Assembly: GCF_963921235.1 (NCBI RefSeq)
Contig: NC_086098.1
Span: forward strand, 6,262,001-6,326,000
Length of the DNA stretch: 64,000 nt
From: Mobula hypostoma
Taxonomy: Eukaryota
Direction of reading: 5' to 3'
Part shown: positions 13,010-24,180 of the stretch, one piece after another
Layout of the letters: each line of letters begins with the position of its first letter
How positions within the stretch are numbered: position 1 is the stretch's first letter
Notes under the pieces: model-generated
Database searches by the model: none
The model's input: the letters and a program-made list of their open reading frames with translations, nothing else
What the model was told of the DNA's origin: nothing
Program-made: the position numbers and the translations under genes

Positions 13010-14246
13010 GATATTTAGAAACATAGAAACATAGAAAACCCACAGCACAATACAGGCCCTTCGGCCCACAAAGCTGTGTCAAACATGTTCCTACTTTAGA
13101 ACTATCTAGGCTTTACCCATAGCCCTCTATTTTTCTAAGCTCCATTTACCCATCCAAAAGTCTCTTAAAAGACCCTATCATATCTGCCTCCACCACTGCC
13201 ACAGGCAGCCCATTCCACACACTCACCACTCTCTGTGTAAAAAACTTACCCCTGACATCTCCTCTGTAGCTACTCCCCAGCACCTTAAACCTGTGCCCTC
13301 TTGTGGCAACCATTTCAGCCCTGGGAAAAAACCTCTGACTATCCACATGATCAATGCCTCTCATCATTTTGTACACCTCTATCAGGTCACCTCTCATCCT
13401 CCGTCGTTCCAAGGAGAAAAGGCCGAGTTCACTCAACCTATTCTCATAAGGCATGCTCCCCAATCCAGGCAACATCCTTGTAAATCTCCTCTGCACCCTT
13501 TCTATGGTTTCCACATCCTTCCTGTAGTGAGGCGACCAGAACTGAGCACAGTGCTCCAAGTGGGGTCTGACCAGGGTCCTATATAGCTGCAACTTTACCT
13601 CTTGGCTCCTAAACTCAGTCCCACGATTGACAAGGCCAATGCACCGTTTGCTTTCTTAACCATGGAGTCAACCTACGCAGCAGCTTTGAGTGACCTATGG
13701 ACTCGGACCCCAAGATCCCTCTGATCCTCCACACTGTCAAGAATCTTACCATTAATACTATATTCTGCCATCATATTTGACCTCCCAAAATGAACCACCT
13801 CACACTTATCTGGGTTGAACTCCATCTGCTACTTCTCAGCCTAGTTTTGCATCCTATCAATGTCCCGCTGTAACCTCTGACAGCCCTCCACACTATCTAC
13901 AAGACCTCCAACCTTTGTGTCATCAGCAAATTTACTAAGCCATCCCTCCACTTCTTCATCCAGCTCATTTAAAAAATCACGAAGGGTAAGGGTCCCAGAA
14001 CAGATCCATGAGGCACACCACTGGTCACCGACTTCCATGCAGAGTTTGACCCGTCTACAACCACTCTTTGCCTTCTATGGGCAAGCCAGTTCTGGATCCA
14101 CAAAGCAATGTCCCCTTGGATCCCATGCCTCCTTACTTTCTCAATAAGCCTTGCACGGGGTACCTTATCAAATGCCTTGCTGAAATCCATATACACTACA
14201 TCTACGGCTCTACCTACATCAATGTGTTTAGTCACATCCTCAAAAA
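13010..14246 (-). mobile_element. CR1 LINE 3' part
   Basis: Minus ORFs 13969-14265, 13841-14038 and 13146-13592 carry CR1 RT motifs; (AAACATAG)n tail on plus. Confidence 0.95.
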
Positions 14247-14313
14247 ATACCCAAAGAATTGCCACTCAATGGATGCTTTTTGTTTTCTGTACCGTTCTCG
14301 GTGAACTTTAGAG

Positions 14314-14392
14314 CAGGGGTTCTCAACTGTTTTATGCCATGGATCCCTCTCATTCGCTGAGGGCTCTGTGGACCCCACGTTGGAAACCCCTG
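14314..14392. mobile_element. 79-bp hAT (Charlie/MER5-like) MITE
   Basis: TIRs CAGGGGTT...AACCCCTG; imperfect 8-bp flanks CTTTAGAG and CTCCAGAC. Confidence 0.75.
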
Positions 14393-15233
14393 CTCCAGAC
14401 ACTGCTGTGCATGAAAATCCTAGGAGATCAGCAGTTTCGGCAGAAACCACCCTGTCTGGCACCAACAATCATTCCATGGTCAACTCATTTAGATCACATC
14501 AATTCGCCTTACTGATGTTTGGTCTGAACACCTTGACCATGTTTGCTTGCCTTTATGCCTTAAATTGCTGCCACGTGATTGGCTGATTAGCTATTTGCAT
14601 TAATGTGCAGGTGTATCTAATAAAGTGCTCACTGAATGGAGTTTAACAGAAAGGCTTCTTCTATCATCTCATCTATGGTCTTTTGAAGCCTATCCAAAAT
14701 GTGCTTTGTTAATTTTCAGAGGTATCGTCAAGCCCTGTGGCATACTTCCTCAACCGAGGACCAGAGGACACAGCCTCAGAATAGAGGGCGTCCTTTTAGA
14801 ATGGAGATGAGGAGGAATTTCTTTAGCCAGAGAGTGGTAGGTTCATGGAGTTCATTGCCACAGCCAGCTGTGGAGTCTAAGTCTTTACAAATATTTAATG
14901 TAGAGGTTGATAGAATCTTGATTGGTCAGGGCATGAAGGCATATGGGGAGAAGTCAGGAGACTGGGGCTGAGAGGAAAATTGGATCAGCCATGGTGAAGC
15001 AGAGTCAATGGGCCAAATGGCCTAATTCTGCTCCTATATCTTATGGTCTTACTTAGCATAGCACTACTCTACAAATGAGACTGAGACTGAGAGAGGTGAC
15101 ACAAACATAGATCACATTATGAGAGGCATAGTGCAGCCTGGTATGGAAACACCATTGCCTATGAAAGGAAAATGCTTCAAAAAGTCATAGATACAGCTCA
15201 GTCCATCACACCATTGTGCACATCTACATGAAG

Positions 15234-15753
15234 TGTTCTGTCCAGTTCTGGTCACCTCACTATAGGAAGGATATGGAAGCATTGGAAAGGGTACAGAGGA
15301 GATTTACCAGGATGCTGCCTGGTTTAGAAAGTATGCATTATGATCAGAGATTAAGGGAGCTAGGGCTTTGCTCTTTGGAGAGAAGGAGGATGAGAGGAGA
15401 CATGATAGAGGTGTACAAGATAATAAGAGGAATAGATAGAGTGGATAGTCAGCGCCTCTTCCCCAGGGCACCACTGCTCAATACAAGAGGACATGGCTTT
15501 AAGGTAAGGGGTGGGAAGTTCAAGGGGGATATTAGAGGAAGGTTTTTTACTCAGAGAGTGGTTGGTGCGTGGAATGCACTGCCTGAGTCAGTGGTAGAGG
15601 CAGATACACTGGTGAAATTTAAGAGACTACTAGACAGGTATATGGAGGAATCTAAGGTGGGGGCTTATATGGGAGGCAGGGTTTGAGGGTCGGCACAACA
15701 TTGTGGGCCAAAGGGCCTGTAATGTGCTCTACTATTCTATGTTCTATGTTCTA
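15234..15753 (+). mobile_element. CR1 LINE 3' end, same subfamily as 41300-43435
   Basis: ORF 15216-15686 nearly identical to 42988-43362 (ESMHYDQRLRELG); (TTCTATG)n tail. Confidence 0.95.
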
Positions 15754-17439
15754 AAATCAGCATCCATCATAATCATGCATTGAGTTGATTGGCTGATTAG
15801 ATATTTGCAATAATGAGCAGGTATACAGGTGTACCTAATAAAGTGGCCACTGAGTGTATCTGAGGAAGAAAAATATTGTTCTTAAAATTTGGGAATTTTT
15901 TTACTTGCAACTTGCGTTTTGTCCTGTGGACATCTGTTCCACAGTTGTGCGTGAGCGTGTCAGACAGAAACCCCACGAGTTAGATTCAACACCATTCATT
16001 TCTTTACTAACTACCCAAGCAACAAACTGTAATTGTTCAACTTACTTGTACTCATCATCAGTGACACGTTCCCCTCAGATGACAGAGAACTGATTGTGGG
16101 CACCTTTCGAAATACCTTTATTGTGTAACAAACAATTTAATCTGACAGACTTAAAGTGAATGTGTAGATGGAAATGTAAATCAGGCAGAATTTTTTCACT
16201 ATGAAATTGAAGCTTTCTAAACCAAGGGGCCACTAAGATGGAATGGGGCAGGCAGGGCTAAGCCAAAATGTGTAGATCTGAAATGGGATACTTTTGCAAA
16301 CAGTCATTTCCCAGACTCGAATTGAATTAAAGATAAAAGCTGAGCAACGTTAATACAGTGAGATGTAAAATAAGAAGAAAATAGACGATCAGTTTTCTAA
16401 ATATATCGGGAAGGCATAAAACTGTTATGGTCATGAAATGATGCCATTTTAACTAAATACATACAATTTTGCGGAATTTCTCTTTTACATCCAAACCCAA
16501 AGTAATTTTCTGTCTGTTCCCATGACTTTGATTCCTTTGAAATGTATGTTAATTTTCACTGATGTTTTCTGGGTCTCCGCTGTTATATCAAAACCATATT
16601 ATTTTGTATTTGCCTCATTGTGATAATAACTTCACACTGGAGTCTTTTGAATTTTAAGAGGTTTCTCAGATTCTAACAATGTTCTCTCATGTCTTCAGAT
16701 ATCAAAGCATATCCAGAATTATAACTGAATGAAAATAATCTGTTTCAAGTGCCTTGGCCTGGTTGGCTTACAGGGAGAAGGCAGGCGAATGGGGATACTA
16801 AATCAGCCATGGTGGAATGGGGGGCCTCATTCTACAATGTCATATGGTCTTATGGCATTACACTCTATCCATCTGAAGACTGGTTTAATACTTACAGGCG
16901 TTGAACCCCCCACACTCCCCCCAGTATTTTGCGCCTGTACTACAAGACCAGGTTCTATTGTGTCAGGCATTGGACCGCAAGATCCCAGAGAGGCTACACA
17001 GGATAATAAAAGCTGCTAAGAAGATCTCCAGGGTCTCTCCTCCCTATCTGTGGCATTTACCAAGGGCATAGTATACAAAGGGCCCAAAGCATTGTTGAGC
17101 ATCCCTGTCGCACATTCCACAATCTCTTTGAGCCACTACCATCAGGACTAGGACTGTCAGACTGGCTATCAGCTTCTTCCCCCCAGTCCGTGAGACTAAT
17201 GAATACCCAGCCACCACCGAGGCCTCATCACCAGGACAGCAAGCTGTTTACCTGTTCTGCACACATCACATACATTTTGAATGATATTATCTTACTTGTG
17301 GTAATATTTTGTTTTATGTTTTACGGTCCAGAGGAACATTGTTTTCATTTGGTTGTATATATGTGCAGTCAGATGATGATAAATTTGAACTTGAAAGAGA
17401 GGCTTTCCTTCGAGCTATTTCCAGCTCAACAGTTATTTG

Positions 17440-18355
17440 ATAACTTGTGGATGTGAAACAATGTCAGGTTCTGGGGCCTCCTCCATCATGGCTGTAGGAG
17501 GTGACTCTGAGACTGCAGGAAGTGGTTCTGACAGCTCTGGGCACCTCTCTTCTCCTTTTCTTGGTTTTTCTGTGTGGATCTACTTTGATCCTTGCTTGTC
17601 TCCCGGTCCTGCTTCTTTCTCTCTATCCTGCTCTCGATTTACTATCACAGTCTCTCTCTCTGTGTCTCGTCTTCCTTTTTCAAATTCTTGTCTTTCTTTT
17701 TCCTGCCTTCCTTTCTCTTCTTCTAGATTGTTGTGAGTATCTCTGAACTTTCTAATTTCTGGAAAATTAGGTCTCGTTTGTCCTTTTCCATTTCCATAGC
17801 ACTGATGTCAGTCTACTCTTTCTTTTCCTTTTCCTTCTGTCTGGGGTGTGTATTTTGATCTTGGGAAGGTTAATTTAGTTCACTAGAGTACTCTCTTATT
17901 AATCCATTATTGCTCCCTTTATGATCTGATCTCTCCTCTTGGTTTCCTCATCCACAACATCATCTGAAGAATCCTCTGTTTTTGTATCTCTATGGATTCC
18001 TTTCCCTTTGGCCTTCCATTCATCCAGCAGGGCTTTGGTCTTTGCATCTGCTTTTACAAGCAACTTTTGGTCTCCCGCTTGAAACTCATGCAATAACCTA
18101 AATGCACGCAGAGTAGATTCTGGTTCACAAAGGCTGAGTGCTTGCAACTTTTTGGAGCTCCTTGAACTCTTTCTCAGCCACATTTCACAAGTAACTGCCA
18201 GATAAACATATCAGAAGCTTTCTCAGACATGTTGCTCACAAAAACAGTTGTTGTTGAACCGCGGCTTTCGTCACTCTCACAGCTACTCTGAGCAACATGG
18301 TCATTCCTTGGTCCAATATGCTTTTCAACCAGAGGCACAGGGGATGGCACCAACA
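17440..18355 (-). pseudogene. RBM25: Processed pseudogene of RNA-binding motif protein 25 (RRM and start of RE-rich region)
   Basis: TTTVFVSNMSEKASDMFIWQLLVKCG, EPESTLRAFRLLHEFQAGDQKLLVKADAKTKALLDEWKAK, DEETKRRDQIIKGAI, LIREYSSELN, MEMEKDKRDLI and KFRDTH match RBM25; contiguous with no introns; several frameshifts and stops. Confidence 0.92.
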
Positions 18356-18365
18356 CCTGTTTGCC

Positions 18366-19675
18366 TACTGACTCTCACAGCTATCTGGACTATTCCTCTT
18401 CTCACCCTGTCTCTTGCAAAAACGCTATCCCCTTCTCGCAATTCCTCCGTCTCCGCCGCATCTGCTCTCAGGATGAGGCTTTTCATTCTAGGACGAGGGA
18501 GATGTCTTCATTTTTTAAAGAAAGGGGCTTCCCTTCCTCCACTATCAACTCTGCTCTTAAACGCATCTCCCCCATTTCACGTACATCTGCTCTCACTCCA
18601 TCCTCCCACCACCCCACTAGGAATAGGGTTCCCCTGGTCCTCACCTACCACCCCACCAGCCTCCGGGTCCAACATATTATTCTCCGTAACTTCCGCCACC
18701 TCCAACGGGATCCCACCACTAAGCATATCTTTCCCTCCCCGCCTCTCTCTGCATTCCGCAGGGATCGCTCCCTACACAACTCCCTTGTCCATTCGTCCCC
18801 CCCATCCCTCCCCACTGATCTCCCTCCTGGCACTTATCCGTGTAAGCGGAACAAGTGCTACACATGCCCTTACACTTCCTCCCTTACCACCATTCAGGGC
18901 CCCAAACAGTCCTTCCAGGTGAGGCATCACTTCACCTGTGAGTCGACTGGGGTGATATACTGCGTCCGGTGCTCCCGATGTGGCCTCTTATATATTGGTG
19001 AGACCTGACGCAGACTGGGAGACCGCTTTGCTGAACATCTACGCTCTGTCCGCCAGAGAAAGCAGGATCTCCCAGTGGCCACACATTTTAATTCCACATC
19101 CCATTCCCATTCTGACATGTCTATCCACGGCCTCCTCTACTGTAAAGATGAAGCCACACTCAGGTTGGAGGAACAACACCATATATTCCGTCTGGGTAGC
19201 CTCCAACCTGATGGCATGAACATCGACTTCTCTAACTTCCGCTAGGCCCCACCTCCCCCTCGTACCCCATCTGTTACTCATTTTTATGCACACATTCTTT
19301 CTCTCACTCTCCTTTTTCTCCCTCTGTCCCTCTGAATATACCTCTTGCCCATCCTCTGGGTCACCCCCCCCACCCTTGTCTTTCTTCCCGGACCTCCTGT
19401 CCCATGATCCTCTCGTATCCCCTTTTGCCTATCACCTGTCCAGCTCTCGGCTCTATCCCTCCCCCTCCTGTCTTCTCCTATCATTTTGCATCTCCCCCTC
19501 CCCCTTCAACTTTCAAATCCCTTACTCACTCTTCCTTCAGTTAGTCCTGACGAAGGGTCTCGGCCTGAAACGTCGACTGCGCCTCTTCCTATAGATGCTG
19601 CTTGGCCTGCTGTGTTCACCAGCAACTTTGATGTGTGTTGCTTGAATTTCCAGCATCTGCAGAATTCCTGTTGTT
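18366..19675 (+). mobile_element. Young 5'-truncated Penelope-like element (RT thumb/linker, GIY-YIG endonuclease, pLTR)
   Basis: PTDSHSYLDYSSSHP, CKRNKCYTC, GVIYCVRCSRCGLLYIGET; 10-bp TSD CCTGTTTGCC at 18356-18365 and 19676-19685. Confidence 0.95.
19542..19579 (+). ncRNA. Minimal type I hammerhead ribozyme in the PLE terminal repeat
   Basis: TAGTC-CTGACGA-AGGGTCTCGGCCT-GAAAC-GTC^GACTG: stem I TAGTC/GACTG, CUGANGA core, short stem II, GAAA, GUC triplet (predicted cut after 19574), loopless palindromic ACGT stem III. Confidence 0.85.
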
Positions 19676-20355
19676 CCTGTTTGCCATCTGTTGGACAATG
19701 GTTCATGGTGCAACTCCATGCAACTTAGCATGGAGACAGTTATAGTATCATCTAGAATCTTTCTTAATTTGTTTTCAGTTGACTTGATTGATTGGATCTC
19801 CTATCAAGTTGTCATTGTCTTAGCCACTTGCTACCTCACAATGCTGGCCCTCCTGTTTTTACCACATACAAGCCCAATATGATTTGTTGATTGTTGTATT
19901 TCACAGTTACACATGTCATTTCCCCAGGAATTATCTTTTCTCCAGTATAAGTTGTTAGCTGGATAACCACAGGCTTCAGACCAGTATCTTTGAAATGCCG
20001 TTCAACTCATTTTGTGGAATGACTGAAACCGCAGAGCCAGAGTCCAATTCCATTCTAATAAGTTTGCTGTTCACTTCTGGTGTAAGTCATATTGCTGGTC
20101 CATTGTTAGGTTTCACATTGTAAATCTCAAGGCTACCTGTCCTGTGTCATTCTTATCGTTATAAAATTCTTTATCAACAGCATTCAGGTTAGTGCTGTTT
20201 TTGAAACTGCAACTTAACATTTTATCTTTTTCTCTTCCCCGTGCACTCCATTTACTTTGGTCTGCCTAATGTGCATGTGTCCTACTTTATTGCATTTTCC
20301 GCAAGTTTTGTCTTCAAACCTGTGATTTACAGTATTTCACATGGAAACTGTCTTA

Positions 20356-20495
20356 GCAACACCCACAAAATGCTGGAGAAACTCAGCAGGTCAGGCAGCA
20401 TCTGTGGAGAGGAATAGAGAGCTGGAGCCAAAATGTCAATTGTTTATTCCTCTCCATAAATGCTGTCTGACCTGCTGAGTTTGTCATTTTGTGTT
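20356..20495. mobile_element. PLE pLTR fold-back, older
   Basis: CACAAAATGCTGGAGAAACTCAGCAGGTCAGGCAGCAT is inverted against ATGCTGTCTGACCTGCTGAGTTT...CATTTTGTG. Confidence 0.75.
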
Positions 20496-20704
20496 ATATT
20501 TTTGCATGTTATTCTGTTTCTAATTTGTTTCTTTGGGTCTTTCAGAGGCAGAGCAAACAAGAGCTATCAGACACCTGCTATTAGTATCGGAATCAAAAGC
20601 AGACATCACTGACATACATCGTGAAATTTGCTGTTTTTGTAACATCAACACAGTGCAATAGATAAAAGAATTACCGTGGGTTATAATTGGAAATATTAAA
20701 AGAT

Positions 20705-22118
20705 AAGTTCAAAGTTCAAAGTAAATTTATTATCGAAGTACATATATGTCACCATATATAGTCCTGCGATTCATTTTCTTGAGGGCACACTCAATAATTC
20801 CAATAACCATACTCGAATCAATGAAAGACCACACCAACCTGAGTGTTCAACTAGAATGCAGAAGACAACAAACTGTGCAAATACAAAATAAAATAGCAAT
20901 AATAATAATAAATAATAACTATCAAGATGAAAAGTCCTTGAATATGAGTCCATAGGTTGAAATGAAGTGAAGTTATTGCCTTAAAATTACTGTTAATAAA
21001 ATTGATGCACTATCAATTACTCCAAAAGACTGGAAGTAGACTAAATACTGAAAGGCTTTTATTAAAAGTAAAATGGATCCACGTCCTCGCTGTATGTCTG
21101 TCCTGGACTGAGGGGAGGAGCAGTGGCACTATTGCCTTTATTCAGGGGTCTGTGGGAGGAGCCACAGGGGCAGTCAGCAGAGGGCCGTGTCCAGACAGGT
21201 AACCCAGTTACAACCTATATACATGGTTTACCACAGTTATCCCCTTTAGTTCAAGAGCCTGATGGTTGAGAGTTAATAGCTGTTCCTGACGCTGCTGGTG
21301 TGTGAGTCCTAAGGCTCCTGTACCTTCCTCCTGCTGGAAGCAGTGAGAAGAGAGCATGTCCTGGGGGGTGGAGGTCCCTGATGATGGTGCTGATTTCCTG
21401 CAACAACAGATTGTTTTTTGCAATGCAGGTTGTGATGTCGCCAGTCAATATACTCTCCACTACGCATCTATAGAAGTTTGTCAAAGTTTTAGGTATCATG
21501 CTGAATTTTTGCAAACTTCTACAGAAGTAAAGGCACTGCCGCGCTTTCTTCATAATGGTATGTACGTGCTGGGGCCAGGATAGTTCCTCCAAAAGAATAA
21601 CATTAAGGAATTTTAATTTGATGACCCTGTCCAGCTCTGATCCTTTGATGAGGATTGGCTCATGTGCTGTGCATTGAAGTGCAAAGCAAGAGCTAAATAG
21701 CGTGGTAATGTTCACGGGTTCGTGCAGCCCTCTCACAAACCTGATTGTCGAGGAGAAGAAGCTGTTCCTGAAATGTTGAGTGTGTGCCTTTGAGCTCCTG
21801 TAACTTCTCCTTGATGATAGCAATGAGAAGAGTGCGCGTTCTGGACTGTGAGGGTCCTTCACGATGGACGCCACCTTCCTGAGGTAACACCTTTGGAAGG
21901 TGTCCTGGACGTAGGAGAGGCTGATGCCCACGATGGATTTGGCTGAGGTCACAACCCTCTGCAGCTTTTTCTGTTCCTGTGCATTGGCTCCTCCACACCA
22001 GACAGTGATGCAATGTTCATCAGTGGTACCACAACAGAAATTTACCAGACATACAAAATCTCAAAATGCTGATGAAATATAGCTGCTGGTGTGCTTTCTT
22101 CATAATTGCATCAATATG
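20705..22118 (-). mobile_element. Rex1/Babar-type LINE fragments (at least two, nested)
   Basis: Minus ORF 21251-21952: DPHSPERALFSLL, KTLTNFYRCVVESILTG, HPPGHALFSLLPAGGRYRSLRTH. Confidence 0.8.
20977..21235. mobile_element. Solo LTR (259 bp)
   Basis: TG...CA termini; 5-bp TSD GTTAT at 20972-20976 and 21236-21240; interrupts a Rex1-type 3' end. Confidence 0.65.
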
Positions 22119-22119
22119 T

Positions 22120-23320
22120 TAGAAATATAGAAAACCTACAGCACAGTACGGGCCCTTCAGCCCACAATGCTGTGCCGAACATGTACTTACATTAGAAATT
22201 ACCTAGGGTTACCCATAGCCCTCTATTTTTCTAAGCTTATTGTACCTGTCCAGGAGTCTCTTAAAAGACCCTATTGTATCTGCATCCACCACCATTGCCG
22301 GCAGCCTATTCCACACACTCACCACTCTGCGAAAAAAACTTACACCTGACATCTCCTCTGTACCTGCTTCCAAGCATCTTAAAACTGTGCCCTCTCATGT
22401 TAGCCATTTCAGCTCTGGGGAAAGCCACTGACTATCAGGTCACCTCTCATCCTCCATCGCTCCAAGAAGAAAAGGCCAAGTTCACTCAACTTATTCTCAT
22501 AAGGCATGCTCCCCAATCCAGGCAACATCCTTGTAAATCTCCTCTGCACCCTTTCTATGGTTTCCACATCCTTCCTGTAGTGAGGTGACCAGAACTGAGC
22601 ACAGTACTCCAAGTGGGGTCTGACCATGGTCCTGACGAAGGGTCTCGGCCCGAAACATTGACTGCTCATTTCCACGGTTGCTGTCCGACCTGCTGAGTTC
22701 CTCCAGCGTGTTGTGTGTGTTGCTTTGACCACGGTCCTGTATACCTGTAACATTACCTCTCAGCTTTTAAATTCAATCCCACAATTGATGAAGGCCAATA
22801 CACCCTATGCCTTCTTAACCTGCGCAGCAGCTTTGAGTGTCCTGTGGACTTGGACCCAAGATCCCTCTGATCCTCCACACTGCCAAGAGCCTTACCATTA
22901 ATACTATATTCTACCTTCATATTTGACCTACCAAAATGAACCACCTCACACTTATCTGGATTGAACTCCATCTGTTACTTCTCAGCCCAGTTTTACATCC
23001 TATCAATGTCCCGCTGTAAACCCCGACAGCCCTCCACACTATCCACAACACCCCCAACCTTTGTGTCATCAGCAAATTTACTAACCCATCCCACCACTTC
23101 CTCATCCAGGTCATTTATAAAAATCATAAAGAGTAGGGGTCCCAGAACAGATCCCTGAGGCACACCACTGGTCACCAACCTCTATGCAGAATACGACCCG
23201 TCTACAACCACTCCTTGCTGTCTGTGGGCACACCAATTCTGAATCTACAAAGCAATGTCCCCTTGGATCCCAAGCCTCCTTATTTTCTCAATAAGCCTTG
23301 CATGGGGTACCTTATCAAAT
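22120..23320 (-). mobile_element. CR1 LINE 3' part with deletions
   Basis: Minus ORFs [36 protein letters not shown]. Confidence 0.92.
22629..22725 (+). mobile_element. ~100-bp hammerhead-containing pLTR insertion inside CR1
   Basis: GTC-CTGACGA-AGGGTCTCGGCCC-GAAAC-ATT-GACTG followed by the pLTR tail; duplicated target TGACCA(T/C)GGTCCTG at 22621-22634 and 22726-22739. Confidence 0.85.
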
Positions 23321-23439
23321 GTTGGTCTTACTGACATTGTGTGCAAGGTTGTTATTGCAATTCCACTCAACCATCTCACCCCTGTGAGCCTCCCTATCAC
23401 TATCTGAGATTCTGCCAACAATGGTTGTGATATCAGAAA

Positions 23440-24180
23440 ATTCTGGGGTCTGTCTTTACTAGATGGGTGACTTCAGCCATTATCAACACACTTCTGAGAT
23501 TGTCTGCTTGGCGTCACCGGTCGCATCACCAGGACTTGTGATATGCCACAGCTGCACAATCAACCATCCACCATTCCCATGGTTTCACGTGGCCCTGATT
23601 GTTGGGGCGAAGCAGGTGCTGTACATCATGACGGGTGACCTGCAGGCATGCAGAGGGATGGAGCATCTTAGACCTCCCTCGGTAGAGACGTGTCTCCACT
23701 TCAGCACCCATCAGGCCAAAGAAAAAAGCATGATTCACAAGTGGAAATATCAGATCACTTTAACCCTTTGTTTTCGATTGTAAGTGTTGGTTGCCCATTG
23801 TGTCTGACGATGACAGGAAACTTGGGTGGTAGAAATTTTAAAGTGGAAAGGCCATTGTACTGGGCAGGTCCACTCTCTCGACCTCAGAAATCCACGTCCA
23901 GTGGTACAAACTGGGGTTTTCCTTGACTGTAGTCGATGGCCATGATCTCTTCTGTGCCTTACTGCCCTTCGCTCTCCACGGAGCGCTGCAGTGCCGCCTT
24001 CCTGGCTGTGGAATCTCACTGCAGGTCTGATCCACCCTGTCTGCCAGAGCTGGCTTCGCATGCTAGGGCAGGCGTGTCCCTCTCTCACCAGGGTACGAGG
24101 CTGCCATTTACTCTCAGCTGCTTTCGCCCACCTTTCAAAGTGGTTCACCAGGGTGGTGACCAAATCTGGGTGAGCTGCCC
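23440..24180 (-). mobile_element. Probable RTE-related non-autonomous elements (two adjacent pieces)
   Basis: GC-richer non-coding block resembling RTE-clade untranslated sequence; assignment from recall only. Confidence 0.4.

Larger units (their letters stand above)
12655..14638. mobile_element. Non-autonomous Tc1/mariner-type element split by three nested insertions; another terminal fragment at ~15775-15859
   Basis: Terminal-repeat motif CTAATAAAGTG(G/C)(T/C)CACTGA(G/A)TG at ~12672, ~14617 and ~15835, the last ending in TA. Confidence 0.6.

Noticed and set aside
17899..18356. Functional RBM25 exons
   Set aside because: There are no introns, multiple frameshifts and stops, and no PWI domain.
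18248..18922. 224-aa ORF and many other Ser/Pro/Leu-rich ORFs in the track
   Set aside because: They are alternate-frame or antisense readings of TEs or of the pseudogene.
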